Part shown: positions 42,738-53,109 of the stretch, in pieces | Layout of the letters: each line of letters starts with the position of its first letter | Numbering within the stretch: position 1 is the stretch's first letter | DNA from: Thermodesulfovibrionales bacterium | GTDB lineage: Bacteria; Nitrospirota; Thermodesulfovibrionia; Thermodesulfovibrionales; SM23-35 | NCBI GenBank assembly: GCA_963715195.1 | Contig: CAVQRT010000007.1 | Coordinates: 1-64,000 of the forward strand | DNA length: 64,000 bases | Direction: 5' to 3' | Position numbers and translations under genes: made by a program | Notes under the pieces: generated by a model | The model's database searches: none | Told to the model about the DNA's origin: nothing | The model's input: only the letters and a program-made list of their open reading frames with translations

Positions 42738-45575
42738 TTATTCTCTTTCTTGGTAAAGGGCATGTGCGATGCGATATACCTTCTGTCTGGTTTCCTCTAT
42801 CCTTTTCAGGAGGAGATCGGTTGATTTTACCTGAAGAAACCCGCTCATTACCCGGAGCAGTTCAGAATCAGCCTTTACCACTTCCTCTTCATTGAGTCTC
42901 AAGAGGGTGTCTATTGCTTTCAGGAAACGATGTGATTGCAAAAGAAATTCTTCGGTTTTCCTGTCAAGGATAGCATATTTTGCCAGTCTTTGAAAGGCAT
43001 TCACCATGTCATGGACGATCAGGTCAGGTCTGCCCGCAGCATGCTTCAGCTGGAGGTACTGCACAAGGAACTCTATTTCTTTCATTCCACCCGGACCGTT
43101 CTTTATATCGTATCCCAATGATTCTTTCGATATGTCAGAAATGATTCTCGCTCTCATTTCCTGCACGAGGGAACCATGTATTTCCCGTCCTCTCTGAAGG
43201 ATGACCTGCTTTCTGAGGCTCAGAAATGATCTGAGGAGATTCATATCTCCGGCAACAGGACGTGCCCTGAGCAGTGACTGTATTTCCCACGGATGAGCGG
43301 CCGAAAAATAGTATGTTTCATATCCATCCATATCGTGTACCAGGATCCCGCGCGAGCCGTCCGGCCTCAGCCGCATATCGATCCGGTACGCAAAACCTTT
43401 TGCAGTATACCCCGAGAGAAATCTGATCAGCTCTTCGGCAACGCTCCCTGCGGGAGAGAGTTTCCCACCCGTTTCTAATGTGTCTTTTCTACCGCCGATG
43501 AAAAGGAGGTCGAGGTCGGAGCCTATGTTCAGGTCCCTCGCACCATAGCCGCCGACCCCTATGACGGCAAATCCTTTCTCAGCGCCGAAATAGGTGACGA
43601 TTGCCCTGATGACAACATCTGCAAGCATGCTCAACCGATGATTGAACGTGTAACTGTCGAATAAGCCTTTCAGAAACAGCATGCTGTATTTCAGTTCCTC
43701 AATAGCCTTAAACTCCCTGATTGCAGTGAGCGGTTCAGGCGTCCAGGACAGCGCTGCATCAAGGGTATCCTTCAACGACCGCAGGTTTCTCCGTATGGCG
43801 GGATACTCGAAAATACCTTCAAGGTTATCGGTACTCAGGAGCATCCGGGAAAGGTATGTGCTTGTGGAGAAGATATCCGCTATGATTTCACGGGTATCTT
43901 CCCTTTGAAGCAGGAGGTCAAGATACGCCTCATGATGACCGATCCTGCTGATGAAGGATACCAGAATGCCCAGAGCCCTGTCTTTGCCTACCGAGGCCAC
44001 GATCTTTTCGAGGAAGGCGGGAATTGCCTTTCTGAGAAGGGATCTCTCCCGCAGGGTTTTGCCTGTCGCTATCTGTTCACTGAGTGTGCGAATATTTTTC
44101 AGTGCTGAAGGAGGATTGGTGAATCCCTTGAAGCGAAGGTACTCCAGGATTGCGGTATCAGGGAGTTCATCAATAACCGACAGCAGAATCTCACGGGTTG
44201 TATCCGTTCCGCCGAGCAGCGTATTGTACATATCTCTAACCTTAAACCGTATGATTTTCAGCGTCGTCAGGAAATCTTCTTCGTGCGCATAATGCATTTT
44301 TTTTGAAAGTATTTTCAGTTCATCCGGATCAGTGGGCAGTGCGTATATCTGGAGGTCATCCTTCATCTGGAGTATGTGTTCAATCCTTCTCAAAAGGAGG
44401 TAACTTTCTGACAGGCCCTTCACATCCTCTGCGGACAGAAGTCCTTCTTTCCCGAGTTCAGCAATGACGTTCACGAGGAATCCCGTCCTGAGATTTCTTC
44501 TCTCACCGCCGTACAGGAGCTGAAAGGTATGAACAAAAAACTCGATCTCCCTGATGCCACCATATCCTCGTTTTACATCATTGATATCAAAGATGGTATC
44601 AATTTTTTTCTTAAGTTCTTTGATTTCCTCCATATCGTTGTAGTCAAATGATCTCTTCCAGGCAAAGGGTTCTATGGTGCGCATGAATGATTCACCGAGG
44701 CCTGTGTCTCCTGCCACGGGTTTTGCCCGGATCAGGGCAAGGCGCTCCCATGTTTTTCCCCATGCTTCGTAGTATGCTCGGTAAGAGTCAAGATCAAGGG
44801 AGATTGCTCCCATCTGGCCGTTGGGCCTTAAACGCAAATCTACCCTGTAGCAGATTCCATCTTCAGTCAAAGCATGCATCATTCCCGAGAGGGTTTCGGT
44901 CAGCATGCAGTAATACTCGTGAGAAGAAATCTTGTTGTGGCGTATGCCGAAGGGGTTCAGGATCCCTGTAGAAATACCGTCACTGTTGAGATATACCGTG
45001 ATCAGGTCTATATCGGAACTGTAGTTGAGCTCTCCACTGCCCAGTTTTCCCATACCGATGACAGAGAATGCATTGTGTCTGATTAAACCGAACTTCCTCC
45101 TCATGAGCGTGAACGACATCTCAAGCGCATGTTCAATGAGAGCTTCGGAGAGGATACTCAATTCAGACATGCACTCCTGCAGAACTGTCGTCCCGGAAAT
45201 ATCTCTGAGAGTTATGATGAGAAGATAGGATTTTTTGAAGTCGCGGAGAAGTTTCATGGCATGTTGTTTGTAAAGGTGATTCTGGTCATCGTCGCTGAAT
45301 GACGCATGGATCTCATTGGCGTGGGAAAGAATATGCGGTTTCCGGACAGGCAGGTGAAGAACCCTGAGGGCTTGTGACAGCTGCATTGGATTCCGTATGC
45401 AGTAGTCCGAGAGAAACTGGCTATAGGCAAATAATCCTGCAATACGTTCGATCCACTGAGCGTGTTCTTCAATGAATTCGGGATCCTTGCGGAACAGCTG
45501 TTCAAGGTTCTTGTGCGCCCTCTCGGGGTCAGGGGTTATGGACGCTGCGTCTTTTATCAGATTGAGCATGTTCAT
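42738..45575 (-). CDS. glnE: Glutamine synthetase adenylyltransferase/adenylyl-removing enzyme
   Basis: Two nucleotidyltransferase domains: GKLG..ELNYSSDIDL / RVDLRLRP and GGYG..DL..GSDLDL / IDMRLRPDG. Confidence 0.92.
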   Translation of the reverse strand: MNMLNLIKDAASITPDPERAHKNLEQLFRKDPEFIEEHAQWIERIAGLFAYSQFLSDYCIRNPMQLSQALRVLHLPVRKPHILSHANEIHASFSDDDQNHLYKQHAMKLLRDFKKSYLLIITLRDISGTTVLQECMSELSILSEALIEHALEMSFTLMRRKFGLIRHNAFSVIGMGKLGSGELNYSSDIDLITVYLNSDGISTGILNPFGIRHNKISSHEYYCMLTETLSGMMHALTEDGICYRVDLRLRPNGQMGAISLDLDSYRAYYEAWGKTWERLALIRAKPVAGDTGLGESFMRTIEPFAWKRSFDYNDMEEIKELKKKIDTIFDINDVKRGYGGIREIEFFVHTFQLLYGGERRNLRTGFLVNVIAELGKEGLLSAEDVKGLSESYLLLRRIEHILQMKDDLQIYALPTDPDELKILSKKMHYAHEEDFLTTLKIIRFKVRDMYNTLLGGTDTTREILLSVIDELPDTAILEYLRFKGFTNPPSALKNIRTLSEQIATGKTLRERSLLRKAIPAFLEKIVASVGKDRALGILVSFISRIGHHEAYLDLLLQREDTREIIADIFSTSTYLSRMLLSTDNLEGIFEYPAIRRNLRSLKDTLDAALSWTPEPLTAIREFKAIEELKYSMLFLKGLFDSYTFNHRLSMLADVVIRAIVTYFGAEKGFAVIGVGGYGARDLNIGSDLDLLFIGGRKDTLETGGKLSPAGSVAEELIRFLSGYTAKGFAYRIDMRLRPDGSRGILVHDMDGYETYYFSAAHPWEIQSLLRARPVAGDMNLLRSFLSLRKQVILQRGREIHGSLVQEMRARIISDISKESLGYDIKNGPGGMKEIEFLVQYLQLKHAAGRPDLIVHDMVNAFQRLAKYAILDRKTEEFLLQSHRFLKAIDTLLRLNEEEVVKADSELLRVMSGFLQVKSTDLLLKRIEETRQKVYRIAHALYQERE

Positions 45576-45662
45576 CGAATATTTTGATAGTATACCAGAC
45601 GGGATTGATCACCCTGAACGCAGGATACATGCATTGAAAATCTTTTGAATTCGGAGGAGAGC

Positions 45663-46001
45663 ATGAAAATGGTGGTGGCTGTCATTAAGCATTTCAAACT
45701 GGATGACGTGAAAGAAGCAGTTTCGAAGATCGGTATTCAGGGAATGACCGTTACCGAAGTAAAGGGATTCGGCAGGCAGAAAGGACACGTCGAAATCTAC
45801 AGAGGTTCCAGTTATGAAGTCAGGTTTATCCCAAAATTGAAGCTTGAGATTGCTGTTCCTGACGGAAAGCTTGAGGAGGTTGTCAAATGCGTACAGGAAT
45901 CTGCCTGTACCGGGGAGATTGGTGACGGTAAAATTTTCATGTATGACCTGAATGATGTTGTGAGGATACGGACGGGAGAGCGTGGGGAAGGGGCATTGTG
46001 A
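45663..46001 (+). CDS. glnB: PII nitrogen regulatory protein
   Basis: [15 protein letters not shown]-loop, [16 protein letters not shown]. Confidence 0.93.
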   Translation: MKMVVAVIKHFKLDDVKEAVSKIGIQGMTVTEVKGFGRQKGHVEIYRGSSYEVRFIPKLKLEIAVPDGKLEEVVKCVQESACTGEIGDGKIFMYDLNDVVRIRTGERGEGAL

Positions 46002-46013
46002 GAGTTTTGTTCA

Positions 46014-46832
46014 TCACCACTTCTTCCTGGATATCATCAGATTGTGAACCAGTTCGGCGCCGATGAGAAAAATGCAGGAAGAATAGAATACCCAAAGGAG
46101 AAATACTACGAAGGCTGTCAGGGGTCCGTAAATAGTGCCGAACTGGACAACAGTTCCGGCATACCAGGTAAAAATATGCTTTGCAGCTTCAAGGAATACC
46201 GTCGCAAAGAATGCACCGATGAATGCACAGGATGCCCTGACTTTTGTTTTCGGGAAGAAGATGTACATGATGGTAATCGTAAAAAAGACCATCAGGAACG
46301 GTACGATGTAGCTTATCATCACTGCAGTTATGACTCCTATCCGCAATTCCGGAAAGATCTGCCTCACGGCTTTGAGAAGCGGAATGAGCGACGTTGCAAC
46401 AAATGAAATGAAGAGCATTATCATGATAAAGGTGATGATTATCAGTGAGAGGATAACAGACCAGAAAAACGATCTCTTGGTTTTCACTTCAAAAATAACA
46501 TGCAATGCATTTTCTATGGATGCGAAGACCTGAAAAGAGAGCACTCCATAGAGTAAAAGGCTCAAGGCGCCGATCCCGTGAAAGGATATCAATTTGCTCA
46601 ATTCTTCCGTGATGCCTTTGGTTATCGACGGGAAAAAATTGATCAGTCTCGTGGAAAAGAATTCATAGAATCCATAGTAATGGCCAAGAAAATAGCCGAA
46701 AACGGTGACCAGAAAGAGGCACAGAGGTACGATTGCCATCATGGTAAAATATGAAATTGCGCCCGCGAGCATCGGGCCACCGTCTTTAAAGAAATCTATA
46801 AAACTCCTGGTAAGAACATAAACATATCTCAT
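46014..46832 (-). CDS. YihY/BrkB-family membrane protein
   Basis: LAGAISYF..MAIVP, IYG.L...LLWVFYS...L.GAE; the ATG overlaps the der stop. Confidence 0.85.
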   Translation of the reverse strand: MRYVYVLTRSFIDFFKDGGPMLAGAISYFTMMAIVPLCLFLVTVFGYFLGHYYGFYEFFSTRLINFFPSITKGITEELSKLISFHGIGALSLLLYGVLSFQVFASIENALHVIFEVKTKRSFFWSVILSLIIITFIMIMLFISFVATSLIPLLKAVRQIFPELRIGVITAVMISYIVPFLMVFFTITIMYIFFPKTKVRASCAFIGAFFATVFLEAAKHIFTWYAGTVVQFGTIYGPLTAFVVFLLWVFYSSCIFLIGAELVHNLMISRKKW

Positions 46833-48145
46833 CTTCTGCGTGATTTTGCCTTTACATAAATCCGTATCGGCGTTCCGTGAAATAAGAATTTGTTTCTTAA
46901 AACTTTTTCTATATGCCGTATGTGGGCGTCCTTTATCGCTGCAGGATAATTCACGAAGACGGTAAAAGAAGGGGGTTCCGTCCGCACCTGCGTTATGTAG
47001 TTCAGCCTGACTGACTTTCCTTTGTATGAAGACAGTGTCATCGTTGACTGCATTTCGCTGAAGCAACGGTTCAACGCTGCCGTAGGTATCCTCTTATTCC
47101 TTTCCCTGATGATTTCATCGATTAACGGAAATACCTTTGTAACGCGCTTTTTCTCGAGGGCTGAAACGGTCAGAATGGGTGCATACTGCATAAACCACAT
47201 CTTCCTGCCTACTTCCCTCAGCAGGGCTTTATATGTATCTTCAGATTTCTCAAGGAGGTCCCATTTGTTCAGGAGAAAAACACCGCCCTTGCCATAACTG
47301 TCCACAATACCCGCGATTTTTTGGTCCTGGTCGACAATGCCGTCAGTGGCACTGAGGACAATCAACGCGACATCGCATCTGAGGATGCTTTTTACGGCCC
47401 GGACCGCGGAAAACCGTTCGAGCGAATATCCGGACATATCCTTTTTTCTGATGCCGGCGGTGTCGATAAACAGATATTTATTGCCATAATATGTACAGAT
47501 GCTGTCTATGGAATCCCTCGTGGTCCCGGGAGCAGGGCTTACGATCATCCGTTTTTTGCTGAGGAGGGTATTGACGAGGGTTGATTTTCCCACATTTGGT
47601 CGCCCGACAACTGCAATATTGGGATAATCAAGCTTTTCGCCGGTATGCGGTGGCAGGAGAGAGACAAGCTTGTCCATCAGATCATCATATCCGTATCCTG
47701 TTGCAGCAGAAACCGGCCAGAGGTCATCCGTGCCTAACGGATAAAAATCGTAGAGTCTTTCGTGACGTGTCGGCCCGTCAATTTTATTGACCGTCCAGAG
47801 GACTTGTTTCCCTGATGCCCTGAGTAAAAGGGCAATCTCTATATCGGGTGGAACGAGGCCATCCTTCCCATCGAGCAGATGAATGATAACGTCAGCCTCG
47901 TCTATGGCAAAAAGGGCCTGTTCTCTGATCTGGAGAAATATGTCATCCAACGGCTCAGGATACAATCCACCCGTGTCGACGACAATGAAATGCTTGCCAT
48001 CCCATTCAGCGTCGAGATAGTTGCGGTCTCTTGTAACGCCGGGAATGTTTTCGATGATCGCAGTATATGATTGTGTTATGCGATTAAAAAGGGTCGATTT
48101 GCCGACATTCGGCCTGCCTACAATGACAACGATCGGTTTTGGCAT
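46829..48145 (-). CDS. der: Ribosome biogenesis double GTPase Der (EngA)
   Basis: Two GRPNVGKS P-loops, DTGG/DTAG, NKID/NKWD, KH-like C-terminus. Confidence 0.97.
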   Translation of the reverse strand: MPKPIVVIVGRPNVGKSTLFNRITQSYTAIIENIPGVTRDRNYLDAEWDGKHFIVVDTGGLYPEPLDDIFLQIREQALFAIDEADVIIHLLDGKDGLVPPDIEIALLLRASGKQVLWTVNKIDGPTRHERLYDFYPLGTDDLWPVSAATGYGYDDLMDKLVSLLPPHTGEKLDYPNIAVVGRPNVGKSTLVNTLLSKKRMIVSPAPGTTRDSIDSICTYYGNKYLFIDTAGIRKKDMSGYSLERFSAVRAVKSILRCDVALIVLSATDGIVDQDQKIAGIVDSYGKGGVFLLNKWDLLEKSEDTYKALLREVGRKMWFMQYAPILTVSALEKKRVTKVFPLIDEIIRERNKRIPTAALNRCFSEMQSTMTLSSYKGKSVRLNYITQVRTEPPSFTVFVNYPAAIKDAHIRHIEKVLRNKFLFHGTPIRIYVKAKSRRR

Positions 48146-48686
48146 GATTACATTGTACACTAAGCGGTGCAGAAAACTTCCTGAACTCCTCCACCATGCC
48201 GATCCAGAGTTCGGCTACGTCCCGGAGAGAATCGTCAAACTCCCGGTATGTCGACTGCGGTTCGATATAATCGAGCAGGGAATCGCAGAAATACCAGTTG
48301 CAGTGAGAAGGTCTCCGTGAGCGCTCTATGGAACAGCCGGTTTCAAGAAGGTATGGACAAGGGTCCCTGTCATTCCCCCCAACAATCAGATGGGGAGCTC
48401 TCAGACCAAGGGCGGAGAGATAAACAAGATCTTCATACGTATAATGACCATGTTTCCTGATGCAGCAGACATCTTTGCAGAGGGGGCAAACGTTCTGGTT
48501 TGCCTGCCGGATGAAAGTGTCTATTCTCTGAAAGCCTTCCTGTATTTTTTGGGCAAACCAGGTGATTTTTGTTAATTCTTGGTGGTGAACGGAGAAGATC
48601 TTCTCCAGAGAGAGAACAACCTGCTCATATATAAGCGGATCCCGGAAGTTATATGATTCAGATAGGTAATCGGCCGTCATATGCAT
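48084..48686 (-). CDS. Cys-rich hypothetical protein (YkgJ-like metal-binding pattern)
   Basis: CPLCKDVCC, CPYL...GC....RP..C..YFC. Confidence 0.55.
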   Translation of the reverse strand: MHMTADYLSESYNFRDPLIYEQVVLSLEKIFSVHHQELTKITWFAQKIQEGFQRIDTFIRQANQNVCPLCKDVCCIRKHGHYTYEDLVYLSALGLRAPHLIVGGNDRDPCPYLLETGCSIERSRRPSHCNWYFCDSLLDYIEPQSTYREFDDSLRDVAELWIGMVEEFRKFSAPLSVQCNHAKTDRCHCRQAECRQIDPF

Positions 48687-48768
48687 AGAGTAATTTTTCC
48701 TGATAATATAGGCTATTATATTCGTATTATAACCGAGCGGTGATATTTGTTTTTTAAGTAGAGGACAC

Positions 48769-49788
48769 ATGCTGAAAGATAATTTTGATCGTACAATAAA
48801 TTACATGCGGATATCGGTTACGGACAGATGTAACCTGCGATGCGTCTACTGTATGCCGCCCGGAGGTATGAAGCCCATTGCACATAAAGATATCCTCCGG
48901 TATGAAGAGATAGCGAGGATTTTACGGATTGCTGTTCGAACAGGCGTAAGAAAGGTACGCTTGACAGGGGGAGAACCTCTGGTGAGGAAAAATATTGTTC
49001 GTCTTATTGCGTTGATAAGGAACATTGAAGGCATAGATGAACTGAGCATGACAACAAACGGTATCCTTCTCTCTCACTATGCTGAAGAACTGGCAGATGC
49101 AGGCCTTGACAGAGTAAATGTCAGTCTTGATTCCCTCAAAGCTGACAGATTCAGAGACATTACGAGGGGTGGGGTTCTCGATGCTGTACTAAGGGGTATC
49201 GAAGCCTCGGAGAAGGCCGGACTTGCACCAATAAAAATAAACGTTGTGCCTATCCGTGGTCTGAACGACGACGAGATAGGGGAATTTGCAAAATTGACAT
49301 TACAGTCTGATTACCAGGTACGGTTTATTGAGTTCATGCCTTTCGTACCTGAGGATATGTGGAATCGGGAACGATTCATCTCAACAGAAGAGATGAAATC
49401 TCATGTCGAACAGATAGGCACTCTTGTTCCTGCAAAGATGAAGAAGTCGGGTCCTGCACGGTACTTCAGATTTGAGGGTGCTGCCGGTGTGGTCGGTTTT
49501 ATCAGCCCAATCAGCAATCATTTCTGTCGGGAGTGCAACCGTCTTCGATTGACTGCGGACGGCAAATTGAGGCCATGTCTTTTTTCTGAAACAGAGATTG
49601 ATTTAAAGCCTGCTCTTCGCAACAATGGGCCTGACACAGAAATCAGACGGCTTATTGAATTGTCGATAGCAACGAAACCAGAAGGCCATTCCATGAAAAT
49701 GGAAAGTGTGTTTCCGGCATCGGATTGTTTTTCAATGAAAGCGGTTCGAAATAGGCAGAGAAGGCCGATGTCAAGAATAGGCGGGTGA
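48769..49788 (+). CDS. moaA: GTP 3',8-cyclase (molybdenum cofactor biosynthesis)
   Basis: RISVTDRCNLRCVYCMP, FC..CNRLRLTADG..RPCL, C-terminal IGG. Confidence 0.96.
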   Translation: MLKDNFDRTINYMRISVTDRCNLRCVYCMPPGGMKPIAHKDILRYEEIARILRIAVRTGVRKVRLTGGEPLVRKNIVRLIALIRNIEGIDELSMTTNGILLSHYAEELADAGLDRVNVSLDSLKADRFRDITRGGVLDAVLRGIEASEKAGLAPIKINVVPIRGLNDDEIGEFAKLTLQSDYQVRFIEFMPFVPEDMWNRERFISTEEMKSHVEQIGTLVPAKMKKSGPARYFRFEGAAGVVGFISPISNHFCRECNRLRLTADGKLRPCLFSETEIDLKPALRNNGPDTEIRRLIELSIATKPEGHSMKMESVFPASDCFSMKAVRNRQRRPMSRIGG

Positions 49789-49802
49789 ACCTCTACAATA
49801 TC

Positions 49803-50264
49803 TTACGAAACTTCGAAGATGAATTCTATTTCGAGGGGCGCGTTCAGCGGGAGAACAGCTACCCCGACTGCGGCCCGCGCATGCTTTCCTGCTTCACCGA
49901 AGATTTCATAGAGCAGATCAGAGGCGGCATTGAGCACCTTCGGCTGTTCTGTGAAATCAGGAGACGAAGCAATATAGCCGGTGATTTTGACGCAGCGTTT
50001 CACGGTATTAAGGGAGCCGGTACATGACCGCAAGGCTGCAAGTGCATTCATGACAGCACGTCTGGCATCTTCCCTCGCTTGGTCCAACGTTATCTGTTCC
50101 CCCAGTCTTCCCTGTCTGGGAAGTTTTCCGTTCACAAGGGGTAATATCCCGCTGAGAAAAACGAGATTCCCTGTCTTAGTAACCGGAAGATATGAGCCTA
50201 ATGGTTGTGGAACTTCGGGAAGTACTATCCCTAATGCTTTTATCTTCTGTTCAGGTGTCATCAT
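49803..50264 (-). CDS. RidA/YjgF-family protein
   Basis: GNLVFLSG, NAASDL...FG.AGKHARAAVGV..LP. Confidence 0.9.
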   Translation of the reverse strand: MMTPEQKIKALGIVLPEVPQPLGSYLPVTKTGNLVFLSGILPLVNGKLPRQGRLGEQITLDQAREDARRAVMNALAALRSCTGSLNTVKRCVKITGYIASSPDFTEQPKVLNAASDLLYEIFGEAGKHARAAVGVAVLPLNAPLEIEFIFEVS

Positions 50265-51520
50265 AATCCCAGTTCACCGGGAGTTCCGATCCGTCCGAGA
50301 ACTGCAGAGGCTGCCGCCACAGCCGGGTTTGAGAGATACAGCTCACTCTCCGGATGGCCCATCCTCCCGACAAAATTCCTGTTCGTCGTTGCGATCGCCC
50401 GTTCACCCTTTGCGAGGATTCCCATGTGCCCTCCAAGGCAGGGACCGCACGTAGGAGTCGATACCGCCGCTTCAGCTTCTATAAAAATATCGAGCAGCTT
50501 CTCTTTCATCGCCTGGCGGTAAATCCTCTGGGTTGCCGGAATAACGATCATCCGCACGTTCGGATTGACTTTCCTGCCTCTCAATACCTGTGCTGCTTCC
50601 CGCAGATCTTCGAGACGGCCGTTGGTACACGAACCGATCACGACCTGATCGATGGTAATTTCAAAGAGTTCCGCAGCCGGTTGCGTGTTTGACGGCAGAT
50701 GAGGACAGGAGACGGTAAGAGGAATCTTCGAGCAGTCATATTCCTTGGTTTCTCTGTAGGTGGCTTTCTTATCGGATGCATAATAAACTGGTGTCCGTTT
50801 TGCCCTTTTCCTCACATATGCTTTGGTGATTTTGTCAGGGACTATAATGGCACTTTTCCCGCCGGCTTCTATTGCCATATTGCACATCGTCAGCCTCCCG
50901 TGCATCGGGAGATTACGTATCGTTTCCCCGTCGAATTCCATTGCCCTATAGAGAGCTCCGTCAACACCTATGTCGCCTATGGTGTGAAGAATCAGGTCTT
51001 TTCCCCCGACCCATTTGTTCAGCTTCCCGTAGTATATGAATTTCATGGATTCAGGAACTTTAAACCAGCACTCACCGGCTGCCATAGCGGCAGCAACATC
51101 AGTCGAGCCGACTCCGGTTGAAAATGCACCAAGTGCTCCATATGTGCAGGTGTGGCTGTCTGCACCGATGATAAGATCGCCGGGAACGACCAGCCCCTCA
51201 TCGGGAAGAAGGGCGTGTTCGATCCCCATCCTTCCAACTTCGAAATAGAGGCCCAGATGGTATTCTCTCGAAAAATCCCTGAGCATCTTGCATTGTTCGG
51301 CTGCTTTAATGTCTTTCTGAGGAGCAAAATGATCTGGAATGAATGCCACCCTGTTTTTATCAAAGACATCCTTTGCTCCGATCTTTCTGAATTCTGAAAT
51401 CGCAATAGGGGCGGTGATATCGTTGGCAAGGACTAAGTCGACCTTTGCGTTGATGAGTTCACCGGCTGAAACGGCTTTCTTGCCGGAATGTGCTGCGAAA
51501 ATCTTTTCTGTTATCGTCAT
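50261..51520 (-). CDS. leuC: 3-isopropylmalate dehydratase/homoaconitase large subunit
   Basis: DHF, GADSHTCT.GA, GSCTNGR, CGPCLGGH, TTNRNF.GRMG. Confidence 0.9.
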   Translation of the reverse strand: MTITEKIFAAHSGKKAVSAGELINAKVDLVLANDITAPIAISEFRKIGAKDVFDKNRVAFIPDHFAPQKDIKAAEQCKMLRDFSREYHLGLYFEVGRMGIEHALLPDEGLVVPGDLIIGADSHTCTYGALGAFSTGVGSTDVAAAMAAGECWFKVPESMKFIYYGKLNKWVGGKDLILHTIGDIGVDGALYRAMEFDGETIRNLPMHGRLTMCNMAIEAGGKSAIIVPDKITKAYVRKRAKRTPVYYASDKKATYRETKEYDCSKIPLTVSCPHLPSNTQPAAELFEITIDQVVIGSCTNGRLEDLREAAQVLRGRKVNPNVRMIVIPATQRIYRQAMKEKLLDIFIEAEAAVSTPTCGPCLGGHMGILAKGERAIATTNRNFVGRMGHPESELYLSNPAVAAASAVLGRIGTPGELGL

Positions 51521-51644
51521 AAGTTTCCTCCAAATGTGTTAAATTGTATTATACATGAGCCAAAAGTATCGGAACCACAGGAGCAGCACACGCACCTTCC
51601 TTTTTGTGCTAAAATTACAGACTTATATAATAAATACCTGAACC

Positions 51645-53102
51645 ATGGGCAGAGAAATCAAAAAGATACTTATAGCGAATCGCGGGGTTACCGCTGTACG
51701 AATAATTCATACGTGCAGGGACAGAAAGATCCCGACCACTGCTGTTTACAGCACACCCGACCGCCTTGCGCACCACGTGTTTATGGCTGATTCTGCCGTG
51801 CATATCGGTGAAGCACCTCCGGTTGAGTCGTATCTCAATATGGAAAAAATGATCGCTGCGGCAATTCAGAGCAGATCCGATGCAGTTCATCCCGGATGGG
51901 GATTCCTTGCGGAGAACCACACGTTTGCACAGATGGTCATAGACGCCGGTTTGCAATGGATAGGCCCCCCGCCCAAGGTTATTGAGGCCCTCGGCGATAA
52001 GATACAGGCAAAATATCTTGCGAAAAAGGCCAATGTTCCCACAATCCCCGGAATCATCGATGTCATGAGTGTCGATCAGATCACGAAGTGGATGAAGCAT
52101 GACAGGGTAACATTCCCGATCATGATCAAGGCTGTTGCCGGTGGCGGAGGCAGGGGAATGGTCAAGGTCGAGCATAAGAATCAACTCGTGCAGTCATTTG
52201 CGCAGGCTCGCTCTGAAGCATTGAAATCGTTCGGGGATGACAGGGTCCTGGTGGAAAAATATATTGAGCGGGGCAGACATATAGAGGTTCAGGTTGTCGG
52301 CGATGATGAAGGGAATATCGTGCATCTCTATGAGAGGGAGTGCACGATTCAGCGAAGGAACCAGAAGATTATCGAAGAAGCGCCCTCCCCATCCATAGAC
52401 GATGATCTCAGGCGTGAGATCTGCTTTACTGCAACACGCCTCATGCGTGAGATCGGCTATACGTCAGCAGGCACCGTTGAGTTCATTTTCGATTCCACCA
52501 CAAAGAAGTATTATTTCCTTGAGGTAAATACCCGTCTGCAGGTGGAACACGGTATTACGGAACTGATAACCGGTCTCGATATTGTCGGTATCATGATTGA
52601 TGTTGCGACAGGCAAGAAGCTTCCCTTCAAACAGACTGATATCCATCCGAACAGATGGGCTCTGGAAGTGAGGCTGAATGCCGAAGACCCAAGAAATTTC
52701 AGCCCTTCCTTCGGAACGATCACCCGTCTTCAGGTACCTCAGGGGCCCGGAGTCAGAATTGCGTCTGGTGCTTACGAGGGTGCTGATATTCCGCCCTACT
52801 ATGATTCGCTTTTCATGCTGCTGATAACAGCAGGAGCCGACAGGGCGGATGCAATTCGAGTTATGGACCGGACGCTCAGCAGGAATCTCAGGGTAGAAGG
52901 GGTGAAAACCCTCGCGCCGCTGCTTTTGAGCATTATCAGACATCCCGCATTCAAAGCGGGTGAATTTTCAACACGGTTTATAGAGGAAAATATGGATGAT
53001 TTGATCTCCATGTTCAAGGAAAAGAACAGCGAAGATGAGGTCCTGAAGATCGCCCGATATGTTGCGAAAATATCTGCTCTCGGCCCGCAGCCGTGGATGT
53101 AG
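51645..53102 (+). CDS. pycA: Biotin carboxylase subunit of a two-subunit pyruvate (2-oxoacid) carboxylase
   Basis: LIANRG, HPGWGFLAEN, GGGGRGM, RECTIQRRNQK, EVNTRLQVEH. Confidence 0.85.
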   Translation: MGREIKKILIANRGVTAVRIIHTCRDRKIPTTAVYSTPDRLAHHVFMADSAVHIGEAPPVESYLNMEKMIAAAIQSRSDAVHPGWGFLAENHTFAQMVIDAGLQWIGPPPKVIEALGDKIQAKYLAKKANVPTIPGIIDVMSVDQITKWMKHDRVTFPIMIKAVAGGGGRGMVKVEHKNQLVQSFAQARSEALKSFGDDRVLVEKYIERGRHIEVQVVGDDEGNIVHLYERECTIQRRNQKIIEEAPSPSIDDDLRREICFTATRLMREIGYTSAGTVEFIFDSTTKKYYFLEVNTRLQVEHGITELITGLDIVGIMIDVATGKKLPFKQTDIHPNRWALEVRLNAEDPRNFSPSFGTITRLQVPQGPGVRIASGAYEGADIPPYYDSLFMLLITAGADRADAIRVMDRTLSRNLRVEGVKTLAPLLLSIIRHPAFKAGEFSTRFIEENMDDLISMFKEKNSEDEVLKIARYVAKISALGPQPWM

Positions 53103-53109
53103 GAAGAAT

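Noticed and set aside
46833..47066. Long N-terminal extension of the YihY ORF
   Set aside because: Lies inside der; the ATG at 46832 overlapping the der stop is the likely start
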